DNA from: Burkholderiaceae bacterium
GTDB lineage: Bacteria > Pseudomonadota > Gammaproteobacteria > Burkholderiales > Burkholderiaceae_B
Length of the DNA stretch: 64,000 nt
NCBI GenBank assembly: GCA_046318595.1
Contig: JBKCTV010000091.1
Span: 63,102-127,101, forward strand
Direction: 5' to 3'
This document shows positions 45,662-56,292 of this stretch, in pieces (within the stretch, counting starts at the first letter, position 1; every line of letters begins with the position of its first letter). The notes below the pieces were generated by a model. It saw only the letters and a list, made by a program, of their open reading frames with translations. It was not told the DNA's origin and ran no database searches. Position numbers and translations under genes: made by a program.

Positions 45662-47611
45662 ATGCCCGTCATTCGTTTGCCCGATGGCTCCGAGCGCGTT
45701 TTCGATCAATCGCTGACTGTCGCGGAGCTGGCTGCCGACATCGGTCCGGGTCTGGCGAAATCCACCCTGGGTGGCCGGGTCGACGGGCGGCTGGTCGATG
45801 CCAGCCATCGCTTGGAAAACGATGCGACGGTTGCGATCGTCACCGACAAGGACCCCGCCGGGCTGGAGTTGATTCGCCATTCCGCCGCACATTTATTGGC
45901 GTATGCGGTGAAGTCGCTCTTTCCTGATGCGCAGGTGACGATCGGACCGGTCATCGACGACGGTTTCTATTATGATTTCTCGTATAAGCGGCCCTTCACG
46001 CCGGATGACCTGCAGGTCATAGAGCAAAAGATGAGCGAACTCGCCAAGCGGGACGAGCCGGTGACGCGCGAAGCGTGGCAGCGCGACGCTGCCATAGCGT
46101 TTTTTAAGTCAATTGGCGAGCACTACAAGGCCGAAATTATCGCCAGCATTCCGGGTAATGAGACCATTTCGCTCTATCGCGAGGGGGGCTTCATCGACCT
46201 GTGCCGGGGGCCTCACGTGCCGTCGACCGGCAAGCTGAAATATTTCAAGCTCATGAAGCTCGCGGGTGCTTACTGGCGCGGCGACTCCAACAACGAAATG
46301 CTCCAGCGCATCTACGGCACGGCCTGGGCTAGCAAAGACGAGTTGGTTGCGTACCTGCATCGCATCGAAGAGGCCGAAAAACGCGATCACCGCAAGCTCG
46401 GCAAGCAGCTCGACCTGTTTCATATGCAGGAGGAAGCGCCGGGCCTGGTGTTCTGGCATCCCAAGGGCTGGGTTATTTGGCAAGCGGTCGAGCAATACAT
46501 GCGGCGTGTTTATCAGGACAGCGGCTATCAAGAGGTGCGTTGCCCGCAGATTCTCGACAAAAACCTGTGGGAGCGTTCCGGTCACTGGGCGAACTACAAA
46601 GAAAACATGTTTACCACCGAATCGGAGAAGCGCGACTACGCGCTCAAACCGATGAACTGCCCAGGCCACGTCCAAATCTTCAATTCTGATTTGCGCTCGT
46701 ACCGCGATCTGCCGTTGCGCTATGGCGAGTTCGGTGCCTGCCATCGCAACGAGCCCTCCGGTGCCTTACACGGCATCATGCGCGTGCGCGGTTTTACGCA
46801 GGACGACGGCCATGTGTTCTGCACCGAAAATCAGATCGAGGCAGAAGTCATTGCGTTCAACCAAACGGCGATGCGCGTCTATGCCGATTTCGGTTTCAGC
46901 GAGGTGATCGTCAAGCTGGCGTTGCGTCCGGCGCAGCGGCTAGGCGACGACGCCACCTGGGATAAAGCCGAGGCGTCTTTGCGGAGCGCTTTGCGAGTCT
47001 GCGATATCGTCTGGGAAGAGCTGCCCGGGGAAGGGGCGTTTTATGGTCCGAAAGTCGAGTATCACCTCAAAGACAGTATTGGCCGTTCATGGCAATGTGG
47101 CACCATTCAGATCGATTTTCAGTTGCCAGGCAGGCTTGGCTGCCAGTATGTCGCTGAGGACAGCTCGCGTCAGGTGCCCGTCATGCTGCATCGCGCGGTC
47201 GTCGGCTCGATGGAGCGGTTCATCGGGATTTTGATCGAAAATTTTGCCGGGGCGATGCCGCTGTGGCTGGCGCCCGTTCAGCTTGTGGTCGCCAATATCA
47301 CCGAAAGTCAGGCAGAGTACGCGGCGGCTGTTGCGCAAAGCTTGAAAAAACAAGGTTTTAGGGTCGAGCTTGATTTGCGTAACGAGAAAATCAATTATAA
47401 AATTCGTCACCACAGCCTGCTGAAGGTTCCGTACTTGATTGTCGTTGGCGATAAGGAGCGTGAGTCAGGCCAGGTGGCTGTTCGGGCGCGGGGTAATCAA
47501 GATCTCGGCGCAATGGCGCTTGCGGCATTTGCCGAGCGTTTGATTGCCGATCTCGAAACGCATGCAAACCACGTTTTTATGCCGACAGCCAATCATTCCA
47601 TAACAAATTGA
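45662..47611 (+). CDS. thrS: threonine--tRNA ligase
   Basis: 649 aa opening [10 protein letters not shown] (TGS domain) with class II motifs. It heads the conserved thrS-infC-rpmI-rplT cluster. Confidence 0.95.
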   Translation: MPVIRLPDGSERVFDQSLTVAELAADIGPGLAKSTLGGRVDGRLVDASHRLENDATVAIVTDKDPAGLELIRHSAAHLLAYAVKSLFPDAQVTIGPVIDDGFYYDFSYKRPFTPDDLQVIEQKMSELAKRDEPVTREAWQRDAAIAFFKSIGEHYKAEIIASIPGNETISLYREGGFIDLCRGPHVPSTGKLKYFKLMKLAGAYWRGDSNNEMLQRIYGTAWASKDELVAYLHRIEEAEKRDHRKLGKQLDLFHMQEEAPGLVFWHPKGWVIWQAVEQYMRRVYQDSGYQEVRCPQILDKNLWERSGHWANYKENMFTTESEKRDYALKPMNCPGHVQIFNSDLRSYRDLPLRYGEFGACHRNEPSGALHGIMRVRGFTQDDGHVFCTENQIEAEVIAFNQTAMRVYADFGFSEVIVKLALRPAQRLGDDATWDKAEASLRSALRVCDIVWEELPGEGAFYGPKVEYHLKDSIGRSWQCGTIQIDFQLPGRLGCQYVAEDSSRQVPVMLHRAVVGSMERFIGILIENFAGAMPLWLAPVQLVVANITESQAEYAAAVAQSLKKQGFRVELDLRNEKINYKIRHHSLLKVPYLIVVGDKERESGQVAVRARGNQDLGAMALAAFAERLIADLETHANHVFMPTANHSITN

Positions 47612-47619
47612 GGTGAAAT

Positions 47620-48141
47620 ATCGCAACTGACAAGTCGCACCGTATTAATGGCGAAATTACTGCATTTGAAATCCGTCTGGTTGACGTCGAAGGCGAGCCG
47701 CTAGGCGTCGTCAAAATCACCGAGGCCTTGCGGCTGGCGGAAGAAAAAGATGTCGATCTGGTAGAAATTGCACCCCAGGCGGTACCTCCGGTATGCCGGT
47801 TGATGGATTACGGCAAGTTCAAGTATCAAGAGCAGAAAAAGGCGCACGATGCCAAGCTCAAGCAAAAGCAGATTCAGGTCAAAGAGGTCAAGTTCCGGCC
47901 GGCGACCGATGATGGCGACTACAATGTCAAAATTCGCAACCTGACTCGCTTCTTGGATGAGGGCGATAAGGCTAAGATCACGTTGCGATTTCGCGGGCGC
48001 GAAATGGCTCACCAGGAATTCGGCGTACGTCTGCTTGAGCGGGTGCGTACCGACCTCGATACCGTAGGCACCGTTGAGCAGATGCCCAGGATGGAAGGGC
48101 GGCAGATGGTTATGATATTATCGCCGCGCAAGAAAAAATAA
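47620..48141 (+). CDS. infC: translation initiation factor IF-3, non-canonical ATC start
   Basis: The track ORF (47728..) is truncated. The frame is open from 47617 and encodes [30 protein letters not shown], the conserved IF-3 N-terminal domain. The only near-cognate start after the in-frame TGA (47614-16) is the ATC at 47620, 4 nt after GAGGTG. Confidence 0.8.
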   Translation: MATDKSHRINGEITAFEIRLVDVEGEPLGVVKITEALRLAEEKDVDLVEIAPQAVPPVCRLMDYGKFKYQEQKKAHDAKLKQKQIQVKEVKFRPATDDGDYNVKIRNLTRFLDEGDKAKITLRFRGREMAHQEFGVRLLERVRTDLDTVGTVEQMPRMEGRQMVMILSPRKKK

Positions 48142-48231
48142 TATGTATCAGAAAGAAGTAATTCAAAAAAGCAATGCGGGTTTAGAAGAGTTTCGTCGAA
48201 ACCACCTGTTTGCCGATAAATAGGAGCAATA

Positions 48232-48429
48232 ATGCCCAAAATGAAAACTAAAAAAAGAGCTTCGAAGCGCTTTGTCGTGCGAGCCGGCGGTTCGGTTAAG
48301 CGCGGCCAGGCTTTCAAGCGTCACATCCTGACCAAGAAAACGACCAAAAATAAACGTCAACTGCGTGGTTCGGCCGAAGTGCATGCGTCGGATATCGTGC
48401 ACATCCGCGCCATGATGCCTTACGCCTGA
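48232..48429 (+). CDS. rpmI: 50S ribosomal protein L35
   Basis: 65 aa: [14 protein letters not shown]... Confidence 0.95.
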   Translation: MPKMKTKKRASKRFVVRAGGSVKRGQAFKRHILTKKTTKNKRQLRGSAEVHASDIVHIRAMMPYA

Positions 48430-48485
48430 GCCCGGTCCTATCGATCGTTTATTGCTCATTTGCTTGAATAGTCAGGAGAACAGAA

Positions 48486-48851
48486 ATGCCTAGAGTCAAA
48501 CGTGGCGTCACCGCCCGCGCCCGCCACAAAAAAGTCATTGCACTGGCCAAAGGTTACCGTGGCCGCCGTGGTAACGTATACCGCATCGCCAAGCAGGCCG
48601 TCATGCGCGCTGGTCAGTATGCCTACCGTGACCGCCGCACTAAAAAGCGGGTTTTCCGATCCTTATGGATCACACGCATCAACGCAGCCGCCCGTCAGGA
48701 AGGTATGTCTTACAGCCGCTTCATGAATGGCCTGAAAAAGGCGTCCATCGGGCTCGACCGTAAAGTGCTGGCCGATCTGGCCGTGAGAGACAAAGCCGCA
48801 TTCGCTGCTATCGTCGCCAAGGTCAAAGGCGCCGTTGGCATCGGTGCTTAA
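48486..48851 (+). CDS. rplT: 50S ribosomal protein L20
   Basis: 121 aa: [17 protein letters not shown]... Confidence 0.95.
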   Translation: MPRVKRGVTARARHKKVIALAKGYRGRRGNVYRIAKQAVMRAGQYAYRDRRTKKRVFRSLWITRINAAARQEGMSYSRFMNGLKKASIGLDRKVLADLAVRDKAAFAAIVAKVKGAVGIGA

Positions 48852-48870
48852 GTCTCACCGCATCCGGTAA

Positions 48871-48900
48871 AACGGGGCCTGCGGGTCCCGTTTTCCTTTC
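48871..48900 (+). terminator. rho-independent terminator/attenuator between rplT and pheS
   Basis: The stem aacggggcc / ggGtcccgtt (9 bp, one G-U) has a tgcg loop and is followed by ttttcctttc. It lies only about 30 nt before the pheS ATG, so read-through or attenuation is possible. Confidence 0.65.
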
Positions 48901-48928
48901 TGAAGTTTTATACGGTCGAGCCTATACC

Positions 48929-49927
48929 ATGCAAGCTTATGCCGATGTACTGAACCGAGCGGAAACCGCTTTTGCACAGGCTGACAGTGCCGCCGCCCTC
49001 GAAAACGCCAAATCGCTGTTTCTGGGTAAGAGCGGTGTCGTCACTGAGTTGCTCAAAACGCTTGGCGCATTGACGCCCGACGAAAAGCGTCAGCGGGGGG
49101 CCGAGGTCAATCTTCTCAAACAAACGGTCGAGAGACTTTTAGAGGCGCGTCGTAACGCCTTGGCGCAGGCGGCGCTCGATGCGCGCCTGGCCGGTGAGCG
49201 CATAGACGTGACACTGCCCGGCCGTACGCGCGGCGCAGGCAGTCTGCACCCGGCCATGCAGACGCTCGAGCGTATCGAAAAGCTGTTCAGAACCATCGGC
49301 TTCGACATTGCCGATGGTCCGGAAATCGAAACCGATTTTTATAACTTCACTGCGCTTAATACGCCTGCCGATCATCCTGCCCGGTCCATGCACGACACTT
49401 TTTATGTCGAGGGCGGCCATTTGCTACGGACGCACACCAGCCCGATGCAGATTCGCTATTTGCAGACGCACAAACCGCCGTTGCGCGTGATCGCCCCGGG
49501 ACGGGTTTATCGGGTCGACAGCGACGCCACGCATTCGCCGATGTTTCACCAGGTCGAGGGGCTCTGGCTGGGCGATGATGTCAGCTTCGCCGACTTGAAA
49601 GCGGTGATAGTCGATTTTCTCCGACGATTTTTCGAGAGCGACGATTTGCAGATTCGGTTTCGACCATCGTTTTTTCCGTTCACCGAGCCATCTGCCGAAA
49701 TCGACATGGCTTTCACCGCCGGCCCGAATGCCGGCAAATGGCTCGAGATCGCCGGAGCTGGGCAGGTGCATCCGAATGTGCTGCGCCAGGCGGGCGTCGA
49801 CCCGGAGCGCTATACCGGTTTTGCTTTCGGTGTAGGTCCGGACCGATTGACCATGTTGCGCTACGGCGTCAACGATTTACGTTTGTTCTATCAAAACGAC
49901 CTGCGGTTTTTGCAGCAGTTCGCCTGA
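48929..49927 (+). CDS. pheS: phenylalanine--tRNA ligase alpha subunit
   Basis: 332 aa with class II motifs ([23 protein letters not shown]). Confidence 0.95.
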   Translation: MQAYADVLNRAETAFAQADSAAALENAKSLFLGKSGVVTELLKTLGALTPDEKRQRGAEVNLLKQTVERLLEARRNALAQAALDARLAGERIDVTLPGRTRGAGSLHPAMQTLERIEKLFRTIGFDIADGPEIETDFYNFTALNTPADHPARSMHDTFYVEGGHLLRTHTSPMQIRYLQTHKPPLRVIAPGRVYRVDSDATHSPMFHQVEGLWLGDDVSFADLKAVIVDFLRRFFESDDLQIRFRPSFFPFTEPSAEIDMAFTAGPNAGKWLEIAGAGQVHPNVLRQAGVDPERYTGFAFGVGPDRLTMLRYGVNDLRLFYQNDLRFLQQFA

Positions 49928-49949
49928 CCGTACACGGAAGAGAATTCAC

Positions 49950-52388
49950 ATGCAGTTTCCTGAGTCCTGGTTACGTGCTTTTATCGATCCACCTCTGGCG
50001 TCCGAGGCGTTGGCTGATACCCTGACCATGGCTGGCCTTGAAGTGGAAGAGCGTCGCTTGGCGGCTGCGCCGTTTCACGGTGTCGTGGTGGGATGGGTGA
50101 AAACGGTCGAGCGCCATCCGAATGCGGATCGTTTGAATGTTTGTGCGGTCGATGTAGGCGACGGCGTCGAGCGGATCATCGTTTGTGGCGCGCCGAATGT
50201 TGCCGCTGGTCTCAAGGTTCCCTGCGCATTACCTGGCGCCGAGTTGCCCGGTGGTTTTCGAATCCACCCGACGACGATGCGTGGCGTGGAAAGTGGGGGT
50301 ATGTTGTGTTCGGCCAAAGAGCTGGGCATCAGCGACGAGCGTCAGGGTTTGCTGGTTTTGGATGCCGAGCTGCCGCCAGGCCTCGATATTCGCCAGGCGC
50401 TCGAGCTCGACGATCCGTTGTTCATCTTGAAGCTGACGCCTAACCGTGCCGATTGTTTGTCGATTCATGGTCTTGCCCGTGAAGTCGCTGCGTTGACGCA
50501 AATCGACTGGTCGGTGCCGGGCATCGAGCCTGTGCCTGCTAGCATTCCTGACCGCCTGTCCGTCGAGCTGCAGGCGCCGAATTTGTGCGGACGTTTCGTT
50601 GGCCGAGTCGTTCGGGGCCTGAACGCCAAGGCGCTGACGCCCGATTGGATGAGGCGCCGCCTGGAGCGTGCGGGTCAACGGTCGATCAACGCGCTTGTCG
50701 ACATTTCCAATTACGTCATGCTTGAAAGCGGCCAACCTTCGCATTTTTTCGATTTGGACAAGCTTCAGGGGGGGCTGATCGTGCGCTGGGCGAGTGCCTA
50801 CGAGTCGCTCGCACTGCTCAACGAAAAAACCGTGCGCTTGCAGCCGGACGTCGGTGTCGTCGCCGATGCGACAGGGCCGGTCGCGCTGGCTGGTGTGATG
50901 GGTGGACAGCGGACTGCCGTCAGTCTCGACACCCAAAACGTGTATATCGAATCCGCCTTTTGGCAGCCGAATGCAATTACCGGAGTCGCCCGTCGTTACA
51001 ACTTTTCCAGCGAGGCGGCGCATCGTTTCGAACGGGGTGTGGACTTTAGTCGAACGGCGGCGCTGCTCGAGCGCATCACCTGGCTGGTCATCGATATATG
51101 CGGCGGCAAGGCCGGGCCGGTCGATGATCAAACGCCTGCCTTGCCCATGCGGCCACCGGTTAGGCTGCGCTTACGCCGCGCCGAAAGAGTTATTGGCATG
51201 CCGCTGACGATCCCGCTGGTCACCGACGTTTTTCAGCGCCTGGGCTTCGCCGTCGAGCGCCACGAGGTGCCCGGCGACGTTTTGTTCGATGTCACGCCGC
51301 CCGGCTATCGCTTCGACATCGCGATCGAAGAAGATCTGATCGAAGAAATCATCCGTTTGATTGGTTACGACCGCTTGCCTTCGCGTCCGCCGCTGGGCCC
51401 GGTCGAGTTGCTGCCGCAGCCCGAGGAGCGGCGCAGCGTTCACGACATTCGCAGTGCCATGGCCGCGCGTGGCTATCACGAGGTGGTCAATTACAGTTTT
51501 GTCGATCCAGCGTGGGAGACTGATTTTGCGGCCAACACCGTGCCGGTAAAGCTGCTCAACCCGCTCGCCAGTCAGTTGGCGGTCATGCGTTCCACTCTGT
51601 GGGGCGGGCTAATCGACAGTCTGCGATATAACCTTGCGCATCGTATCGAGCGGGTACGGTTGTTTGAGACTTCGCGGGTATTTGTACGGGCGGACGATTC
51701 TTCAGAATCGGCGGCCGATGCCGCCGCCGACACCGCTGCGGCAGTGCCCGGCTTCAGTCAGCCCACACGCCTCGCTGCACTCGCGTACGGCGCTTGTGAT
51801 GAGCTGCAGTGGGGGCAACTGCCCAAGCCTGTCGATTTCTTCGATATCAAAGGTGATCTGGAGGGCCTGTTGCCGCCTCTCTGCCGCTTTGCGCCTGCCG
51901 CCCATCCCGCCCTGCATCCAGGGCGTAGCGCTGCGATCCTGCTGAATGGCAGGGTGCGCGGCCATATTGGTGAGCTTCATCCGGCGCTGCAGCAGCGTTA
52001 CGAACTGCCCTTGGCTCCGGTTTTGCTCGAAATCGACCTGGATATGCTTTTGGCCAAACCGCTCCCGCACTACCGGGATGTGTCGCGTCAGCCCAGCGTG
52101 ATTCGCGATCTGGCGCTAGTCGTCGATCAGGAGGTCGCTGCCGGCGATATCCTCGATGCATTTGCCGAGGGTGCGGACGCCACGCAAAATTGGGTACAAT
52201 CGGTCGCCTTATTCGATGCGTTCAAATCATCCGAGCCCGGCAAGGGCCTGGCGCCAAACGAAAAAAGTCTAGCATTTCGTTTTGTTTTCCAGGATGTCGA
52301 AAAAACCCTCGGTGATGCCGATGTTGATCAACTCATGCAGAAGCTTTTGCATACCGCACTGGAGCGCTTCCATGCGCGCTTGCGCTAG
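49950..52388 (+). CDS. pheT: phenylalanine--tRNA ligase beta subunit
   Basis: 812 aa with the MQFPESWLR opening typical of PheT. Confidence 0.95.
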   Translation: MQFPESWLRAFIDPPLASEALADTLTMAGLEVEERRLAAAPFHGVVVGWVKTVERHPNADRLNVCAVDVGDGVERIIVCGAPNVAAGLKVPCALPGAELPGGFRIHPTTMRGVESGGMLCSAKELGISDERQGLLVLDAELPPGLDIRQALELDDPLFILKLTPNRADCLSIHGLAREVAALTQIDWSVPGIEPVPASIPDRLSVELQAPNLCGRFVGRVVRGLNAKALTPDWMRRRLERAGQRSINALVDISNYVMLESGQPSHFFDLDKLQGGLIVRWASAYESLALLNEKTVRLQPDVGVVADATGPVALAGVMGGQRTAVSLDTQNVYIESAFWQPNAITGVARRYNFSSEAAHRFERGVDFSRTAALLERITWLVIDICGGKAGPVDDQTPALPMRPPVRLRLRRAERVIGMPLTIPLVTDVFQRLGFAVERHEVPGDVLFDVTPPGYRFDIAIEEDLIEEIIRLIGYDRLPSRPPLGPVELLPQPEERRSVHDIRSAMAARGYHEVVNYSFVDPAWETDFAANTVPVKLLNPLASQLAVMRSTLWGGLIDSLRYNLAHRIERVRLFETSRVFVRADDSSESAADAAADTAAAVPGFSQPTRLAALAYGACDELQWGQLPKPVDFFDIKGDLEGLLPPLCRFAPAAHPALHPGRSAAILLNGRVRGHIGELHPALQQRYELPLAPVLLEIDLDMLLAKPLPHYRDVSRQPSVIRDLALVVDQEVAAGDILDAFAEGADATQNWVQSVALFDAFKSSEPGKGLAPNEKSLAFRFVFQDVEKTLGDADVDQLMQKLLHTALERFHARLR

Positions 52389-52417
52389 TCTTGCCCTTAC
52401 AATTTCCGGAGCCTCTC

Positions 52418-52777
52418 GTGAGTCGCGATGAACTGATCGAAGACGAGCTGGCCAGCGGCACGCTCACCAAAGCCGAGCTGTCCGACATGCTGTTCGACAG
52501 CCTTGGCCTGAACAAGCGCGAAGCGAAAGACTTCATCGACGCATTTTTCGATGAAATCCGCTTCGCATTAGAAGCAGGCGAAGAAATCAAGCTGTCCGGT
52601 TTCGGTAATTTTCTGTTGCGCGACAAGCCGCAACGCCCCGGTCGTAATCCTAAAACGGGGGAGGAAATACCCATTGCTGCGCGGCGCGTGGTAACGTTTC
52701 ATCCTAGCCAGAAACTAAAGGAAATGGTCGATATGCTCGGTATGGCAGCCGTCGCCCGGCCTGAGGCGCAGGATTGA
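52418..52777 (+). CDS. ihfA: integration host factor alpha subunit
   Basis: Contains [29 protein letters not shown] and [26 protein letters not shown]. The GTG at 52418 (GGAG 7 nt upstream) is preferred over the TTG at 52391. Confidence 0.85.
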   Translation: MSRDELIEDELASGTLTKAELSDMLFDSLGLNKREAKDFIDAFFDEIRFALEAGEEIKLSGFGNFLLRDKPQRPGRNPKTGEEIPIAARRVVTFHPSQKLKEMVDMLGMAAVARPEAQD

Positions 52778-52779
52778 AT

Positions 52780-53190
52780 ATGCAACAAGCAGAAGAACAG
52801 TCTAGCGGTCGAGGTTCGGCACCCGTTCCTCTACCACCGATTCCGGCCAAGCGCTACTTCACGATCGGTGAGGTAAGCGATCTTTGCGGCGTCAAAGCCC
52901 ATGTTCTACGCTATTGGGAACAAGAGTTTACCCAGTTGAAGTCGATCACCCGGCGCGGTAACCGGCGGTATTATCAGCATCACGAGGTGCTGCTGATTCG
53001 CCGGATCCGCCAGCTGCTGTACGAGCATGGTTTCACCATCCACGGAGCACGTAACCGCCTCGATCAGGAAAAACGCGATGTCTCGGCCTTGCCGGCTGAC
53101 CGTGCCCTACTGCCTGTTTTGATCGATCGGGAAAAGCTCAAAGCGCAGCTTCTGGCGCTGCGCGATGCTCTGGCGAAAGACGATTTGTGA
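52780..53190 (+). CDS. MerR-family transcriptional regulator
   Basis: [25 protein letters not shown] is a MerR HTH. The position after ihfA is conserved. The ATG at 52780 is preferred; the TTG at 52774 is also possible. Confidence 0.8.
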   Translation: MQQAEEQSSGRGSAPVPLPPIPAKRYFTIGEVSDLCGVKAHVLRYWEQEFTQLKSITRRGNRRYYQHHEVLLIRRIRQLLYEHGFTIHGARNRLDQEKRDVSALPADRALLPVLIDREKLKAQLLALRDALAKDDL

Positions 53191-53204
53191 TAATATGGCG
53201 GCTT

Positions 53205-53281
53205 CGGGCTGTAGCGCAGCCTGGTAGCGCACTTGCATGGGGTGCAAGGGGTCGCGAGTTCGAATCCCGCCAGCCCGACCA
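53205..53281 (+). tRNA. tRNA-Pro (anticodon GGG)
   Basis: The acceptor is cgggctg/cagcccg, the anticodon arm is cttgc-atGGGgt-gcaag, and the T arm is gcgag-ttcgaat-cccgc. It has an encoded CCA. Confidence 0.9.
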
Positions 53282-53294
53282 ATAAAATCAATGA

Positions 53295-53319
53295 CTTAGC
53301 TAAAAAAGCTAAGTTTTTT
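53295..53319 (+). terminator. rho-independent terminator after tRNA-Pro
   Basis: Stem cttagct/agctaag, loop aaaaa, followed by tttttt. Confidence 0.7.
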
Positions 53320-53386
53320 CTCGGTAAAAATTAGCTCGCCAGCTAAAATTTGCCGCCAGAAAAGCAGAGGAAGCTGATCGCTATTG

Positions 53387-53415
53387 TTGCAATGCAGCAA
53401 TAATAAGCGTAGACT
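53387..53415 (+). promoter_or_regulatory. candidate sigma-70 promoter TTGCAA-N17-TAGACT, overlapped by a near-palindrome
   Basis: The hexamers are at 53387-92 and 53410-15 with a 17-nt spacer. The inverted repeat TATTGTTGCA-A-TGCAGCAATA (53382-53402, 9/10 matches) covers the -35. Confidence 0.3.
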
Positions 53416-53421
53416 GGCGTT

Positions 53422-53490
53422 TGTCTCCTCTGCACCTTCCTTCAGTGCAGATTTCGCGCTTCAGTCCGATAAAGGCTGAAGCGCGTTTTT
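53422..53490 (+). ncRNA. candidate small RNA (about 70 nt, two hairpins, intrinsic terminator)
   Basis: Hairpin 1 is ctgcac/gtgcag (53430-53450) with the CU-rich loop cttccttca. Hairpin 2 is a perfect 10-bp stem cgcgcttcag/ctgaagcgcg (53455-53485) followed by ttttt. The 5' end is only inferred from the putative promoter. Confidence 0.3.
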
Positions 53491-53516
53491 ACAGGATGGT
53501 CCATATAAAATTACCC

Positions 53517-53544
53517 CTTGAAATGGTTCGATCAGCCCCCACAT
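53517..53544 (+). promoter_or_regulatory. sigma-32 (heat-shock) type promoter of htpG
   Basis: CTTGAAA (53517-23), a 13-nt spacer, then CCCCACAT (53537-44), compared with the consensus CTTGAAA-N13-15-CCCCATNT. It lies 37 nt upstream of the htpG ATG. Confidence 0.6.
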
Positions 53545-53581
53545 GTGGACGAGTCGATTTTAATGTTTCAGGAGTTTTTAA

Positions 53582-55468
53582 ATGGATGCTGTCAAAGAAA
53601 CCCGTGGTTTTCAAGCCGAAGTCAAGCAGCTGCTACAGCTGATGATTCATTCGCTCTATTCGAACAAAGAAATATTTTTGCGGGAGCTGATATCGAATGC
53701 CTCGGATGCCTGCGATAAGCTGCGTTTCGAGGCGATCAATCAAGCCGGTTTATTCGAAAATGACAGCAATCTGCGCATCCGTGTGTCCTACGACAAAGCA
53801 GCCCGAACCCTGACCCTTTCGGATAACGGTATCGGTTTGTCCCGCCAGGAAGCCATCGACCACTTGGGCACGATCGCCAAGTCCGGAACGCGTGAGTTTT
53901 TTGGCCAATTGTCCGGCGATCAACAAAAAGACGCCGCGCTGATCGGTCAGTTCGGCGTAGGGTTCTACTCCGCTTTCATTGTTGCCGACCGAGTCAGGGT
54001 CGAGTCACGGCGTGCGGGCCTGGATGCGGGCGAAGGTGTGCGTTGGGAGTCCGACGCCAGCGGTGAGTTTACCGTCGAAACCATCGAGCAGTCGGGGCGG
54101 GGCACGCATATTACGCTGCATCTGCGTGAAGGCGAAGACGAATGGTTGACGGGCTGGAAGCTCAAGTCCGTTCTGACCAAGTATTCCGACCATATTTCCT
54201 TGCCCATCGAGATGCCCAGGGAGGAGTGGGACGAAGCCGCCGGCGGCATGAAAACTTTGGACGAGTGGGAGGTCGTGAACAAAGCCAGCGCGCTTTGGGG
54301 TCGGCCAAAATCCGACATCACCGAAGAGGAGTACCATGAATTCTACAAAAATCTGACCTATGACAACCAGGCGCCTTTGGCTTATACGCATAACCGCGTC
54401 GAGGGTCGCAGCGAATATACACAGTTGCTGTATGTTCCGGCACACGCGCCTTTTGATTTATGGGACCGCAACCAGGCCAAAGGGGTCAAGCTGTACGTCA
54501 AGCGTGTTTTCATCATGGACGAGGCGGATCAACTGCTGCCGCAATACCTTCGTTTCGTTCGTGGCGTGATCGATTCGGCAGACTTGCCGCTGAACGTATC
54601 GCGCGAGATATTGCAGGAAAGCCGCGACGTGCGTGCCATTCGCGAAGGATCGGCGAAAAAAGTCCTGGCGCTGCTCGAAGAGTTGGCCGACCAGCAGCCC
54701 GAGAAATACGCAAGCTTCTGGCGCGAATTCGGTCAGTTGCTCAAAGAGGGTATGCACGAGGATGTCGCCAATAAAGACCGGATTGCGCCCTTGCTGCGTT
54801 TTGCCTCCACCCATCTGGAAAACGCCGAGCACAGCGTTTCCCTGAAGGATTATGTTGAGCGCATGAAAGTAGGGCAGGACAAGATTTATTACATTACAGC
54901 CGACACCGAGCAAGGTGCTCGCCACAGCCCGCATCTGGAAATTTTCAATAAAAAGGGTATCGAGGTTTTGCTGTTGACCGATCGTGTCGACGAGTGGATG
55001 CTTGCGCAGTTGACCGAATTCCAAGGTAAAACCTTGCAGTCCGTCGCTAAAGGCGGTGTCGATTTGGGTGTCCTGGAAGACGAGGCCGATAAAGCCGTTG
55101 CCGAAAAAGCCGCAGATGAATACAAGGACGTGCTGGAACGGATTCAGGCTGTGTTGCAAAGCAAAGTCAAGGAGACCCGTGTCACTTTGCGCTTGACCGA
55201 CAGTCCGGCGTGTATCGTGGCCGATGAGCACGACATGAGCAATCATTTACAGCGTCTGCTCAAACAGGCCGGACAAAAAATGCCATCGGCCAAGCCCATA
55301 CTCGAAATCAATCCCGAGCATGCACTGATTCAACGGTTAAAAACCGATGAAACGAATTTCGAGGCGCTTGCTCAGGTTATTTTCGATCAGGCGGTCTTGG
55401 CAGAAGGCGGCCAGTTAGACGATCCGACCGCTTTCGTAAAGCGAATCAATGCTTTATTGATTATGTAA
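53582..55468 (+). CDS. htpG: molecular chaperone HtpG (Hsp90)
   Basis: 628 aa with the [18 protein letters not shown] signature. Confidence 0.95.
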   Translation: MDAVKETRGFQAEVKQLLQLMIHSLYSNKEIFLRELISNASDACDKLRFEAINQAGLFENDSNLRIRVSYDKAARTLTLSDNGIGLSRQEAIDHLGTIAKSGTREFFGQLSGDQQKDAALIGQFGVGFYSAFIVADRVRVESRRAGLDAGEGVRWESDASGEFTVETIEQSGRGTHITLHLREGEDEWLTGWKLKSVLTKYSDHISLPIEMPREEWDEAAGGMKTLDEWEVVNKASALWGRPKSDITEEEYHEFYKNLTYDNQAPLAYTHNRVEGRSEYTQLLYVPAHAPFDLWDRNQAKGVKLYVKRVFIMDEADQLLPQYLRFVRGVIDSADLPLNVSREILQESRDVRAIREGSAKKVLALLEELADQQPEKYASFWREFGQLLKEGMHEDVANKDRIAPLLRFASTHLENAEHSVSLKDYVERMKVGQDKIYYITADTEQGARHSPHLEIFNKKGIEVLLLTDRVDEWMLAQLTEFQGKTLQSVAKGGVDLGVLEDEADKAVAEKAADEYKDVLERIQAVLQSKVKETRVTLRLTDSPACIVADEHDMSNHLQRLLKQAGQKMPSAKPILEINPEHALIQRLKTDETNFEALAQVIFDQAVLAEGGQLDDPTAFVKRINALLIM

Positions 55469-55489
55469 AAAAGAGAAACGAAAAGAAAA

Positions 55490-55556
55490 GAGTAGCAGCT
55501 CCTCTTTAATGAAAAATTAATGCAACCACGCTTTATTGCTGGCGGAGCTGCTACTC
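55490..55556. repeat. 12-bp perfect inverted repeat GAGTAGCAGCTC ... GAGCTGCTACTC with 43-nt spacer
   Basis: The arms are at 55490-55501 and 55545-55556. The structure brackets the stop codon of the convergent orphan gene and lies just after the htpG stop. It may act as a bidirectional terminator-like hairpin. Confidence 0.6.
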
Positions 55557-56029
55557 AAACTGCCCAACGACCACCGAATCGTCAGGGCTTTTTTCAATTC
55601 CGTCAGGGTTTGCATGATTTGTACGAGCGTCGTGGAGCGGAGCCCGTTGCTCAGCGTACATTGCCAGCTGAGCATTAGCTGGCCGCTGGGTTCAGTCTGC
55701 GTGATGGCAGCCGGAAATGCCGAAAAAATAGCCGTGTTCGATACCAGAATGTCTTCAAAGTCCGGTTTAGTGGTGCAAGACTGCGGTGACCAGAGTTCGA
55801 GTTGACCAATCAAAATCGGATAGTCGCGTTCTTCATCATAGCGCCAATGAAATACTTCGGCAGCTTGTTTTACCTGCCACTCGACCGGGGCAGTGTTTCC
55901 GGTCGGTTTACATATTGGGCCCAATTCATTAAAAATAGCACCGATGAGTTGTTTGCGACTGATATGCTGAGCGTAAAAAGCGTTCAAGGCCGACCTATTT
56001 AGTGATGTGTTATATCTAGGTGCGATCAA
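55517..56029 (-). CDS. hypothetical protein (orphan; type-III-chaperone/YbjN-like pattern, tentative)
   Basis: 170-aa ORF that is AT-richer than its flanks. It has a TTG start with no good Shine-Dalgarno, so the start is uncertain. Confidence 0.45.
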   Translation of the reverse strand: MIAPRYNTSLNRSALNAFYAQHISRKQLIGAIFNELGPICKPTGNTAPVEWQVKQAAEVFHWRYDEERDYPILIGQLELWSPQSCTTKPDFEDILVSNTAIFSAFPAAITQTEPSGQLMLSWQCTLSNGLRSTTLVQIMQTLTELKKALTIRWSLGSLSSSSASNKAWLH

Positions 56030-56292
56030 CGTGGGGTTTGGTTCCTTGATTACTCCTTCGAGGTCGAAAACTGACAGGCTATTGGAGCCCTAACCGAAAT
56101 TGCCAATGCCAGGCAGATCGGCCGGTTTCGCAGCGCGATTGGCTGAGGCTGGCGTCGGGGAATTGCTCGGTGCTACGCTGACAGTGCGCTGAAAAACAAG
56201 GCGATCAAGCTGGTGGGCAGTCAATCGAGTGTGTGGTGAGTTCCGCTCGTCGCTGCCCGCAATTCGAATGATTTCGCAGGGACGGCGTCGTA

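Noticed and set aside
48852-48928. pheM-like Phe-rich leader peptide upstream of pheS. The triplets ttt tcc ttt ctg aag ttt tat are in phase.
   Set aside because: No start codon precedes the Phe codons. They lie inside or after the terminator U-tract rather than before it, so the E. coli-style attenuator layout is not present.
53205-53581. tRNA-Pro as an integration hot spot for a genomic island.
   Set aside because: There is no integrase, no recognisable repeat of the tRNA 3' end downstream, and the next gene is the core chaperone htpG.
53421-53642. 73-aa ORF spanning the candidate sRNA, the htpG promoter and the htpG start.
   Set aside because: It runs through a strong intrinsic terminator and a promoter, overlaps htpG out of frame, and has no Shine-Dalgarno.
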